From NCBI GenBank assembly GCA_903912525.1, contig CAIWHK010000049.1:21269-85268 (forward strand): DNA of 64,000 nt, read 5' to 3'. Position 1 is the stretch's first letter. Every line of letters begins with the position of its first letter. Shown piece by piece: positions 18,728-27,108 of the stretch. The DNA is from an uncultured bacterium (lineage in GTDB: Bacteria > Krumholzibacteriota > Krumholzibacteriia > LZORAL124-64-63). A program made the translations under genes and the position numbers. The notes beneath the pieces were generated by a model that made no database searches, had not been told where the DNA came from, and was given only the letters and a program-made list of their open reading frames with translations.

Positions 18728-20374
18728 ATGGCAGAATCGAAGACCGGGCCCGCCTGGACCGGCAACTACCTGCAGGACTACGGCAGCCGGCGGGGCCTGA
18801 TGGCCTGGCTCACGACGACCGACCACAAGCGCATCGGCCTGATGTACGCTGCGGCGATGTTCACGTTCTTCGCGGTGGCTGTCCTGCTGGGCCTGCTCAT
18901 CCGCCTGGAACTGATGAACCCCGGCATGCAGTACGTGACGCCTCGCGTGTACAACTCCCTGTTCACGCTGCACGGCGTCATCATGATCTTCCTGTTCATC
19001 GTCCCGGGCATCCCGGCGATCTTCGGGAACATCATGTTGCCGCTGCAGCTGGGTGCCGACGACGTCTCGTTCCCGAAGCTGAACCTGGCCTCGTGGTACG
19101 TCTACATCGCGGGGGCCATCCTGGCGCTGATGTCGCTCTTCGTGGGCGGCGGCGTGCCGGACACCGGCTGGACGTTCTATGCACCATACGCGCTGCGCTC
19201 GGGCAGCAACGTCTCGCTGGCCGTGTTTGCGGCGTTCGTGCTGGGCTTCAGCTCGATCATGACGGGCATGAACTTCATCACGACCATCCACCGGCTGCGC
19301 GCGCCCGGCATGGGCTTCTTCCGGATGCCGCTGTTCTGCTGGGGCCTGTACGCCACGTCGTGGATCCAGGTCATCGCCACGCCGGTCGTGGGCATCACGC
19401 TGCTGCTGGTGATCATGGAGCGTTCGCTGGGCATCGGGTTCTTCGACCCGGCGCGCGGCGGCGACCCGGTCCTGTACCAGCACCTGTTCTGGATCTACTC
19501 GCACCCGGTCGTGTACGTGATGATCCTGCCGGCGATGGGCGTCATCTCCGAGATCCTGCCGACGTTCGCCGGGCGCACCGTGTTCGGCTACAAGGCGATC
19601 GCGCTGTCGTCGATGGCCATCGCCATCGTCGGCTACATGGTGTGGGGCCACCACATGTTCACCGTGGGCATGAGCGACACGGCGCGGCGCGTGTTCAGCA
19701 TCCTGACGTTCCTGGTGGCCATCCCCACCGGCATCAAGGTCTTCAACTGGATGGCCACGCTCTACAAGGGCTCGATCCGCATCGAGCCGCCGCTGTTGTG
19801 GGCAGTCGGGTTCATCTTCCTGTTCTCGATCGGCGGCCTGACGGGCCTGGTGAACGGCGCCCTGTCGACCGACATCCACGTGCACGACACGGCGTTCGTG
19901 GTGGGCCACTTCCACTACACGATGTTCGGCGGCGCCGGCGTGGGGCTGTTCGCGGCCATGCACTACTGGTGGCCCAAGGTGTTCGGGCGCATGTACAATC
20001 GGAAGCGCGCGATCTGGGCCTGGGGCCTCTTCATGGTCGGCTTCAACCTGCTGTACTTCCCGATGCTGGTGATGGGCATCATGGGCATGCCGCGCCGTTA
20101 CGCCGACTACCTGCCCCAGTTCCATACGCCGCACCTGATTGCGACCATCGGCTCGTGGGTCATGGTCTCGGGCATCATCGTGATGCTGTGGAACCTGATC
20201 CGGGCGATCAGGCATGGCGCGCCGGCGCCGGCCAATCCCTGGGAGGGCACGACGCTGGAGTGGCAGACGACGTCGCCCCCGCCGCAGCTGAACTTCGCCG
20301 TGCCGCCGTCGGTGACGACCGGACCCTATGACCACACCGCGCTGCGCGCCGCCGCGGCGAAGGAGGCCCGTTGA
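18728..20374 (+). CDS. ctaD: cytochrome c oxidase subunit I
   Basis: 'WLTTTDHKRIGLMY', 'GHHMF', 'HFHY'; 12-TM heme-copper oxidase. Confidence 0.95.
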   Translation: MAESKTGPAWTGNYLQDYGSRRGLMAWLTTTDHKRIGLMYAAAMFTFFAVAVLLGLLIRLELMNPGMQYVTPRVYNSLFTLHGVIMIFLFIVPGIPAIFGNIMLPLQLGADDVSFPKLNLASWYVYIAGAILALMSLFVGGGVPDTGWTFYAPYALRSGSNVSLAVFAAFVLGFSSIMTGMNFITTIHRLRAPGMGFFRMPLFCWGLYATSWIQVIATPVVGITLLLVIMERSLGIGFFDPARGGDPVLYQHLFWIYSHPVVYVMILPAMGVISEILPTFAGRTVFGYKAIALSSMAIAIVGYMVWGHHMFTVGMSDTARRVFSILTFLVAIPTGIKVFNWMATLYKGSIRIEPPLLWAVGFIFLFSIGGLTGLVNGALSTDIHVHDTAFVVGHFHYTMFGGAGVGLFAAMHYWWPKVFGRMYNRKRAIWAWGLFMVGFNLLYFPMLVMGIMGMPRRYADYLPQFHTPHLIATIGSWVMVSGIIVMLWNLIRAIRHGAPAPANPWEGTTLEWQTTSPPPQLNFAVPPSVTTGPYDHTALRAAAAKEAR

Positions 20375-21027
20375 TGCGTTCCGAAAGCGGGACCCTTGGC
20401 GCGACGGCGGTATCGCCCGCCGCCGTCGCGCACCACGAGCATCGCGACGACATCGGCAGCAAGACCGGCATGTGGCTGTTCCTGTTCACGGAGCTGCTGC
20501 TGTTCGGCGGGCTGTTCATCGTCTATGCGGTCTACCGCCACAAGTACGGCACCGAGTTCCATGAGGCCGCCCACGAGCTGAACAAGGTCATGGGCGTGAC
20601 CAATACGTTTGTCCTGCTGACCAGCAGCCTGACGATGGTGCTGTCGGTGGGCGCGCTGCAGCGGGCGCGTGTGGCCGAGTCGCTGCGCTGGCTGGGCGCC
20701 ACGTTCGGGCTGGCCTGCTGCTTCCTGGTCATCAAGTTCTTCGAGTGGAGTGCCAAGCACCACCACGGCATCTGGCCCGGCGGCGAGCACCTGCACGCGA
20801 TGCCGCCCGGCGAGGGCATGTTCTTCAACCTGTACTTCATGATGACCGGGCTGCACGGCATCCACGTGCTGATCGGCATGGGCGTCATGGGTTCGATCGC
20901 GGCGCGCATCCGCTCGGGGCACGTGTCGGCCTCGCGCTACGCCGCCCTGGAGTTCACGGGGCTGTACTGGCACCTGGTCGACCTGGTCTGGATCTTCCTG
21001 CTGCCGCTGTTCTACCTGACCAACTGA
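20374..21027 (+). CDS. ctaE: cytochrome c oxidase subunit III
   Basis: 'MWLFLFTELLLFGGLF', 'YWHLVDLVWIFL'; TGATG overlap with ctaD; AGGAGG RBS. Confidence 0.9.
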   Translation: MRSESGTLGATAVSPAAVAHHEHRDDIGSKTGMWLFLFTELLLFGGLFIVYAVYRHKYGTEFHEAAHELNKVMGVTNTFVLLTSSLTMVLSVGALQRARVAESLRWLGATFGLACCFLVIKFFEWSAKHHHGIWPGGEHLHAMPPGEGMFFNLYFMMTGLHGIHVLIGMGVMGSIAARIRSGHVSASRYAALEFTGLYWHLVDLVWIFLLPLFYLTN

Positions 21028-21053
21028 GCGAACGGCGAGGGAAAGGGACGACG

Positions 21054-21401
21054 ATGCAAGATTCACACACGACGGGCGCCCACGCCCATCCCGCGCCGCA
21101 CGGCGGCGGCCACGGAGGCGACCATGCCGCGCATGCGCCTGTGGCGACCGGCACCTTCGTGTTGGTCTGGGTGGCCCTGCTGGTGCTGACGCTGGTCACC
21201 GTAGCCGCGTCGACCTGGTTTCCGGGCAAGGTCGGCATCGGGGTGGCCATGGTGGTCACGCCGATCAAGGCGGCGCTGATCCTCATGTGGTTCATGCACC
21301 TCAAGTACGAGGCCATGGTCTTCCGGACGATGTTCCTGTCCGCGATCGGGATCCTGGCCCTGGTCATGGGCCTGACGTTCTTCGACTATTCGTTCCTGTG
21401 A
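21054..21401 (+). CDS. coxD: cytochrome c oxidase subunit IV (caa3-type small subunit)
   Basis: About 115-aa 3-TM protein 'HGGGHGGDHAAHAP...WFMHLKYE'; GGGAAAGGGA RBS. The 20745 ORF is a frame artefact. Confidence 0.7.
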   Translation: MQDSHTTGAHAHPAPHGGGHGGDHAAHAPVATGTFVLVWVALLVLTLVTVAASTWFPGKVGIGVAMVVTPIKAALILMWFMHLKYEAMVFRTMFLSAIGILALVMGLTFFDYSFL

Positions 21402-21411
21402 GAGGGTGGGC

Positions 21412-22305
21412 ATGACGGGAGCTTCCAGTTATTCGGCGATGGTCGACAAGACCTTCTGGATGATCCTCGGTTCGTCGGTGATCATGCTCGTGGGCATCAC
21501 CGCCACCATGATCCTGTTCATGGTGAAGTACCGGCGGTCGCGCCATCCCGTCGCCAGTGACATCGAGGGCAGCGCCACGCTCGAAACGCTGTGGACCGTT
21601 CTGCCTACCGTCCTGGTGATGGTCATGTTCTACTACGGCTGGGCAGGCTTCAAGGTGATGCGCGAGACGCCCAAGGGCGCCATCCCCATCACCGTGCAGG
21701 CGCGCATGTGGTCGTGGTCGTTCAAGTACGAGAACGGCAAGCAGACGACCGACCTGTACGTGCCTGTGGGGCGGCCCGTGGCCGTGAACCTGGAGTCGGC
21801 GGACGTCATCCACAGCTTCTTCGTGCCGGCCTTCCGGGTGAAGGAAGACTGCATGCCCGGGCGCAAGAACCACGCCTGGTTCCAGGCCGAGCGCGAGGGC
21901 GTCTACGACCTCATGTGCGCCGAGTATTGCGGCGACAAGCACAGCGCGATGCTGGCGAAGGTCGTGGCGGTGCCGGCGGACACGTTCGACGTCTGGCTCG
22001 AGCGCGGCGGCGGGCGGCCCACGGGCGAGAAGCTGCTGAAGATCAAGGGCTGCGTGGCCTGCCACAGCAGCGACGGCACCAAGCTTGTCGGCCCCAGCTA
22101 CAAGGGCCTGTTCGGCAAGAAGGAACGCGTGATGACGAACGGCGTCGAGCGCGAGATCACGGTGGACGAGGAGTACATCCGCCGCTCGCTGCTGCAGCCC
22201 AAGGCCGACGTTGTGGTGGGCTACCAGCCGCAGATGCCCGAGATGGGCAACCAGCTGGACGAAGAGGATATCCAGCTGATCATCGACTACATCAAGAGGC
22301 AGTAG
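21412..22305 (+). CDS. ctaC: cytochrome c oxidase subunit II with fused C-terminal cytochrome c domain (caa3-type)
   Basis: CuA site 'H...CAEYCGDKHSAM'; C-terminal 'CVACHSSDG' heme c motif. Confidence 0.9.
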   Translation: MTGASSYSAMVDKTFWMILGSSVIMLVGITATMILFMVKYRRSRHPVASDIEGSATLETLWTVLPTVLVMVMFYYGWAGFKVMRETPKGAIPITVQARMWSWSFKYENGKQTTDLYVPVGRPVAVNLESADVIHSFFVPAFRVKEDCMPGRKNHAWFQAEREGVYDLMCAEYCGDKHSAMLAKVVAVPADTFDVWLERGGGRPTGEKLLKIKGCVACHSSDGTKLVGPSYKGLFGKKERVMTNGVEREITVDEEYIRRSLLQPKADVVVGYQPQMPEMGNQLDEEDIQLIIDYIKRQ

Positions 22306-22317
22306 GGGCGTGCGGCG

Positions 22318-23208
22318 TTGAAGACGTGGCTGGACCTGGTCAAGCTGAGGATCACCGTGGCGTCGACGGTGACGCTGGTGGTGGGCTACGTGATGGCGCG
22401 CGGGCGGTTCGACTGGCCGCTGCTGCCGCTGTCGCTGGGCATCCTGCTGCAGGCCTGCGGCGCCGCCGCGTTCAACCAGGTGCAGGACGCGAAGGTGGAC
22501 GCCCTGATGGCCCGCACCGCGTCGCGGCCGATCCCTTCGGGGCGCATCTCGCGCCGGAACGCGGGCATCTTCGCCGCCGCGCTGCTGGTGGCGGGCACCG
22601 CGCTGCTGTTCCTGTACTCGCCGTCGGCGGCCTGGCTCGGCGTCGGAGCGGCCGTCGTCTACAACCTCGTCTACACTCCGCTCAAGCGTGTGACGCCGTT
22701 CGCGGCCCTGCCGGGCGCGCTGATCGGCGCGCTGCCCCCGGCCATGGGCTGGACGGCGGCCGGCGGCTACCTGCAGGATCCGGCCATCCACCTGGTGTCG
22801 TTCTTCTTCTTTCTCTGGCAGATCCCGCATTTCTGGCTGCTGCTGCTGTTCTACGCGCAGGACTACCAGGGCGGCGGGCTGCCCTCGATGCTGGACCGGT
22901 TCGACCGGGTGCAGGTGCTGCGGATGACGTTCCTGTGGATCGCGGCGGTGAGCGCCGCGGCACTGCTGCTGCCGCTGGCGAACTTTTTCGCCCGCCCCGC
23001 ACTGGCCTACGTGCTCGCGGGCGCCGGCGCCCTGCTGGTGGTCCGCGCGGTGACGCTGCTGAAGCTGGCGGTGCCGGGCGTGACGCCGGGCGCGGCGTTG
23101 CAGCCGTTCCGCCGCGCCTGCCGGATGCGCTTCATGGAGATCAACACGTTCGCGCTGCTGGTCTGCGTGCTGCTGGTGGCGGACGCGCTGCTGCTGCCCG
23201 GTCGCTGA
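22318..23208 (+). CDS. ctaB: protoheme IX farnesyltransferase (heme O synthase)
   Basis: UbiA-fold: 'NQVQDAKVDALMARTASRPIPSGRIS', 'WQIPHFW'; TTG start inferred. Confidence 0.85.
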   Translation: MKTWLDLVKLRITVASTVTLVVGYVMARGRFDWPLLPLSLGILLQACGAAAFNQVQDAKVDALMARTASRPIPSGRISRRNAGIFAAALLVAGTALLFLYSPSAAWLGVGAAVVYNLVYTPLKRVTPFAALPGALIGALPPAMGWTAAGGYLQDPAIHLVSFFFFLWQIPHFWLLLLFYAQDYQGGGLPSMLDRFDRVQVLRMTFLWIAAVSAAALLLPLANFFARPALAYVLAGAGALLVVRAVTLLKLAVPGVTPGAALQPFRRACRMRFMEINTFALLVCVLLVADALLLPGR

Positions 23209-23254
23209 TCCTGTCGGTCCGCTGATCCTGCCGGTCCGCTGATCCTGCCTGCCC
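23191..23254. repeat. 17-bp tandem repeat (GCTGATCCTGYCGGTCC, about 3.5 copies) overlapping the ctaB stop codon
   Basis: Read directly: gctgatcctgtcggtcc / gctgatcctgccggtcc / gctgatcctgcctgccc. Confidence 0.6.
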
Positions 23255-23261
23255 CTGCCGC

Positions 23262-24263
23262 CTAGGGCTCCTTGCGGTCGTCGCCCCCGAACCAGCCCTG
23301 CTTCCGGAAATAGAGGAGCAGCCCCGCTGCCGTCCCCGCCATCAGGCTCAGGGCGAACGGGTAGCCCCACGCCCAGCCCAGTTCCGGCATGTTCAAGCGC
23401 GACTTGGTCGTGTCGAAATTCATCCCGTAGACGCCGGCGATGAAGGCCAGGGGCATGAAGATGGTCGCGATCACCGTCAGCACGCGCATGATCTCGTTCA
23501 TGCGGTTGCTCATCACCGACAGGTAGAGGTCGAGCAGCCCGGTGGCGCGGTCGCGCGCGGCCTCGTTCAGGTCGGCGACCTGCCGCGCGTGGTCCAGGCA
23601 ATCGCGCAGATGCAGGCGCGTGGTCTGGCTGAGGGTGGGGATCTCCTCGCCCAGCATGCGGAGGATCACGTCGCGCGTCTGCCACGAGATGCGCTGCCAG
23701 GCCGCCAGGTCCCGCTTCATCTCGTGGATGACGGGCACCTCGACGCGGCGGGGGTTGGTGAAGATGGTGTCCTCGATCTCGTCGATGCGCTTGTCGTAGG
23801 CGTCGATGACCGGGAAGTAGAGGTCGACCACCAGGTCGATGATGGCGTAGGCCAGGTAGTCGGAGCCGCCGGCGATCAGGCGCGGGCGCTTCTGGCGGAT
23901 GCGCTCGCGGATCGCGTCGAGCGCCGGCAGGGGGCGCTCGAGGAAGCAGATCAGCAGTTCCGGCGCGACGAACAGGCAGATCTGCTGGGTGGTCTGGCCC
24001 TCGGGGTCGGGCACGCGGAGCACGACGAAGTCCTGGTCCTCGTACTCGTCGAACTTGGGGCGCTGGTGGGTGTGCGCCACGTCCTCGAGGGCCAGGCGGT
24101 GCAGGCCGAACTGCTCGCCGAACCCTTCGAGCAGCGCGTGGTCCTCGACCCCGGTCACGACGATCAGGTTCACGCGCCCGGGCAACGCCAGTGCGCGCGC
24201 CGCCGCGGCGTCCGCCGCGGTGCCTTCGGTCACTTCCTGCTGGCAGTAGCTGATGACTTCCAC
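23262..24263 (-). CDS. corA: CorA-family Mg2+/Co2+ transporter
   Basis: 'YGMNF' GMN signature plus 2 C-terminal TMs; start (GTG at VEVISYCQQ) is uncertain because the ORF stays open upstream into the sulfatase gene end. Confidence 0.7.
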   Translation of the reverse strand: MEVISYCQQEVTEGTAADAAAARALALPGRVNLIVVTGVEDHALLEGFGEQFGLHRLALEDVAHTHQRPKFDEYEDQDFVVLRVPDPEGQTTQQICLFVAPELLICFLERPLPALDAIRERIRQKRPRLIAGGSDYLAYAIIDLVVDLYFPVIDAYDKRIDEIEDTIFTNPRRVEVPVIHEMKRDLAAWQRISWQTRDVILRMLGEEIPTLSQTTRLHLRDCLDHARQVADLNEAARDRATGLLDLYLSVMSNRMNEIMRVLTVIATIFMPLAFIAGVYGMNFDTTKSRLNMPELGWAWGYPFALSLMAGTAAGLLLYFRKQGWFGGDDRKEP

Positions 24264-24492
24264 CAGTGACGGCCTGGCGTCGGGGATCGGCGGCAGGGTG
24301 CCCGGCGAGGCGCCGGGCTTGCCGTGGCGGCGCTTGGGCGCCGGGCCATGGGTGCGGGCGGAACGGGCGGAACGCGAGCGCACGCGGGCCTCCTGGGTTG
24401 GCGATGACTTCCCGAACGGGCGCGGCGGCGGGGCGCCACGGGCCCATTGTGCGCCCGGGACGCGGGTTTTGGCAACGGCGGACGGGACGAAG

Positions 24493-25869
24493 CTAGGCGG
24501 TCGGGCGCCGGTAGCCGGTTTCCTGCAGCAGGGCCGCCAGTCGCGCGGACAGCTGCTGCTGCACGGCGGCGTGCTCGGGGCGGCCCGCGAGGTTGGTATT
24601 CTCGGCCGGGTCGCTGCGCAGGTCGTACAGCTCGGCCGGCAGGGTGGGGTCCTCGGGGAACGTGATGAGCTTCCACTCGCGCGAGCGCACGGCCAGACAG
24701 GTGGGCACCGGGCCCTCCTCGCGGAAGTACTCGTAGAGGAAGTCGTCGCGACCCTTGCTGCCCTTGAGCACGGGCAGCCAGCTGCGGCCCTGGACGCCGG
24801 CCGGCGCGGGAACGCCCGCCGCCTCGCACAGCGCGGGCAGCAGGTCGATGCCCAGCACCATCTCCTCGTTGACCTTGCCGCGCGGCGCCAGTTTCGGGTG
24901 CCTGACCAGCATCGGCACGCGGATGGACGGCTCGTAGGCGGCGCGCTTGTCGCGCAGGCCACCGTGCTCGCCCAGCATCAGGCCGTTGTCGCTGGTGTAG
25001 ATGATGAGCGTGTCGTCGAGCAGCGAGCGCTTCTTCAGCGTCTCCATCAGCCGGCCCACGCTTTCATCGACCGACAGCAGGCAGCGATGGTAGTTGCGCA
25101 GGTCCTCGGGCGTCAGGGCCCCGGCGTCGCGCCCGCCCCAGTCCGGCTTCGCGGACAGGCCGGCGCCGTCGGGGCCGCCGCGCGGGGTGAAGTCGACGCC
25201 CGCGTAGCGCTGGGCGTGCCTCTGGGCCGGGACGAACGGGGCATGCGCCGCCTTGTGGCCGAGCACGAGCATGAACGGCTTCGTGCGCTCGCGTTCGATG
25301 AACCGGACGGCGTGGTCGGTCAATTCGTCGGTGACGTAGTTGATGACCAGGTTCCACTTGCCGTCGACGTTCAGCGTGTTGCGGAAGTACTCGCCCTGTC
25401 CGGTGAAGCTGACCCAGTGGTCGAAGCCCGCGCGCGGCGTGCCGCTCTGCAGCATGTGCCACTTGCCGATGTAGCCCGTCTCGTAGCCGGCCTTCTGCAG
25501 GACCTCGGCGAAGGTGGGGCAGGCCTGCTCGGGGTCGCGCGAAAAGTTGTCGCGCACGCCGTGCTTGTGCGCGTAGCAGCCGGTCAGCAGGCTGGCGCGC
25601 GACGGGCTGCACAGGCTGGTCGTGACGAAAGCGTTCGGGAAGCGGACGCCTTCGGCCGCGAGCCTGTCGAGGTTCGGGGTCTCCAGGCGCTTGTCGCCGG
25701 CGCAGCCCATCGCGTCGTGGCGGACATCGTCCGTCAGGATGACGACGATGTTGGGCTGTCGCGCGCCGCCGCGGTCGCAGCCCGCCAGGTCGGCCAGCGC
25801 CAGTGTCGCGGCGCCGGCGCCGAGCAGGCGCAGCGCTTCGCGCCGCGAGATGGGGGGCAGGGGGCTCAA
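24493..25869 (-). CDS. Tat-exported sulfatase (arylsulfatase family)
   Basis: Twin-arginine signal 'SRREALRLLGAGAATLALA'; FGly signature 'SLCSPSRASLLTG'. Confidence 0.9.
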   Translation of the reverse strand: MSPLPPISRREALRLLGAGAATLALADLAGCDRGGARQPNIVVILTDDVRHDAMGCAGDKRLETPNLDRLAAEGVRFPNAFVTTSLCSPSRASLLTGCYAHKHGVRDNFSRDPEQACPTFAEVLQKAGYETGYIGKWHMLQSGTPRAGFDHWVSFTGQGEYFRNTLNVDGKWNLVINYVTDELTDHAVRFIERERTKPFMLVLGHKAAHAPFVPAQRHAQRYAGVDFTPRGGPDGAGLSAKPDWGGRDAGALTPEDLRNYHRCLLSVDESVGRLMETLKKRSLLDDTLIIYTSDNGLMLGEHGGLRDKRAAYEPSIRVPMLVRHPKLAPRGKVNEEMVLGIDLLPALCEAAGVPAPAGVQGRSWLPVLKGSKGRDDFLYEYFREEGPVPTCLAVRSREWKLITFPEDPTLPAELYDLRSDPAENTNLAGRPEHAAVQQQLSARLAALLQETGYRRPTA

Positions 25870-26765
25870 CGTCCCGCCGCTTCCCGCGGCATCGAGCGCG
25901 CCAGGCGCAGGCCGACATGCGTGAACCGCTGCTCAGGGAAGGCCTTCTGGCGCGCGGCCGAGCGGCAGTTGCGGCCCAGTTCGTGCCAGTTGCCGCCGCG
26001 AATGATGCGCTCGCCGCCCCGGTCCGGCCCGCGGGGGTCGGTGGCCGCGGCCGTCGTCTGGAACCCGTGCCGGTCCCAGCACCACTCGCTGATGTTGCCG
26101 TGCATGTCGTCCAGGTCCCACTGGTTCGGCGGGAACGAACCGACCTCGATCGCCTGGCCGCGCCACATGCCCTTCGGGCAGCCCTTCTGCGGGTCGTAGC
26201 CCAGGTAGTTGGCCTGCTCGGTGCCCAGGCACTCGCCGGTGTTGAAGACCGTGGCGGTGCCCGCGCGGCAGGCGTACTCCCACTCGGCCTCGGTGGGCAG
26301 GCGCAGGCCGTCCGAGGTGTGGTCCCAGGTCACCAGCGTGTCGCGGATCGTGTAGGCGACGGGGAAGCCCATCTTGCGCGAGAGGGCATTGCAGAAATTG
26401 ACGGCCTCGAACCAGCTGATGCTCTCGACCGGGCAGTCGGGGCAGTTGTAGAGGAAGCTCGGGTTGTTGCCGGTGATCGCGGCCCACTGCGCCTGGGTCA
26501 CTTCGTAGCGGGCCAGGTAGAAGGGGTTCGCGATGGTGACCTGGTGCCGGGTCTCGTCGTTGCGGCTGCCCCACTCGGTCTCGGGGCTGCCCATCTGGAA
26601 GGTGCCGGCCGGCACCATGACGAATTCGAGGTGGCCGCGCCCGACATCGTCGCGCGGCGAACGGCCGGCTCCCGTGGGGGGAGCAGGCTGCGCCATCGTC
26701 CGGCCTGCCACAAGCAGGGCCAACACACAGGCGGCGATGAGGATGCGCTGTCGGGGGTACAGCAT
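25866..26765 (-). CDS. formylglycine-generating enzyme (SUMF1/FGE family)
   Basis: 'RGGNW', 'EWEYACRAGT', 'HGNISEWCWD'; 4-bp overlap with the sulfatase gene. Confidence 0.85.
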   Translation of the reverse strand: MLYPRQRILIAACVLALLVAGRTMAQPAPPTGAGRSPRDDVGRGHLEFVMVPAGTFQMGSPETEWGSRNDETRHQVTIANPFYLARYEVTQAQWAAITGNNPSFLYNCPDCPVESISWFEAVNFCNALSRKMGFPVAYTIRDTLVTWDHTSDGLRLPTEAEWEYACRAGTATVFNTGECLGTEQANYLGYDPQKGCPKGMWRGQAIEVGSFPPNQWDLDDMHGNISEWCWDRHGFQTTAAATDPRGPDRGGERIIRGGNWHELGRNCRSAARQKAFPEQRFTHVGLRLARSMPREAAGR

Positions 26766-26929
26766 CCCGTCGTCGTCTTTCGATGTCAGGTCAGGCGGCG
26801 CCGGGGCGGGGTGCCTGCGCCGAAGGGAGATCGTAACATATCCGTGATAGGCTGTATATGGGGTCGGTAAAGATGTCTTTCCCCGGGTGCGGTTGACAGC
26901 GCCCGGGGGCGGGGCTACCGTGGCGATAA

Positions 26930-27018
26930 CCGTTGGGGGTGGCCGAACCGGCTGGACCGGGTTGGCCTGAGAAAGACCCTTGGAACCTGAACCGGATCAT
27001 GCCGGCGTAGGGAAACGG
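26930..27018 (+). ncRNA. TPP riboswitch (THI-box)
   Basis: ccgttGGGGTGgccgaaccggctggaccgggttggCCTGAGAaagACCCTTgGAACCTGAaCCGGatcatGCCGGCGTAGGGAAacgg: all hallmark THI-element blocks present, with a P1 closing pair ccgtt/aacgg. Confidence 0.85.
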
Positions 27019-27027
27019 GCCGCTTGC

Positions 27028-27062
27028 GGCGCCTTCCACGACATCGGGGGGCGCCATTTTTT
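27028..27062 (+). terminator. intrinsic terminator of the TPP riboswitch expression platform
   Basis: GGCGCC...GGGGGCGCC hairpin immediately followed by ATTTTTTG, between the aptamer and the TonB receptor ATG. Confidence 0.65.
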
Positions 27063-27108
27063 GTACGCGGTGACGTTCCCGCACCGGCCACCTCGAGTGG
27101 AGGCGGCC

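Noticed and set aside
20745-21401. 218-aa ORF overlapping the ctaE 3' end
   Set aside because: The N-terminal two-thirds is an out-of-frame read through ctaE. The real gene is the 115-aa subunit IV, starting at 21054 with its own RBS.
26925-27020. Cobalamin riboswitch upstream of the TonB-dependent receptor
   Set aside because: No B12-box (GCCACTG) is present. The element has CUGAGA / ACCCUU / GAACCUGA / GCGUAGGGAA, which is diagnostic for TPP.
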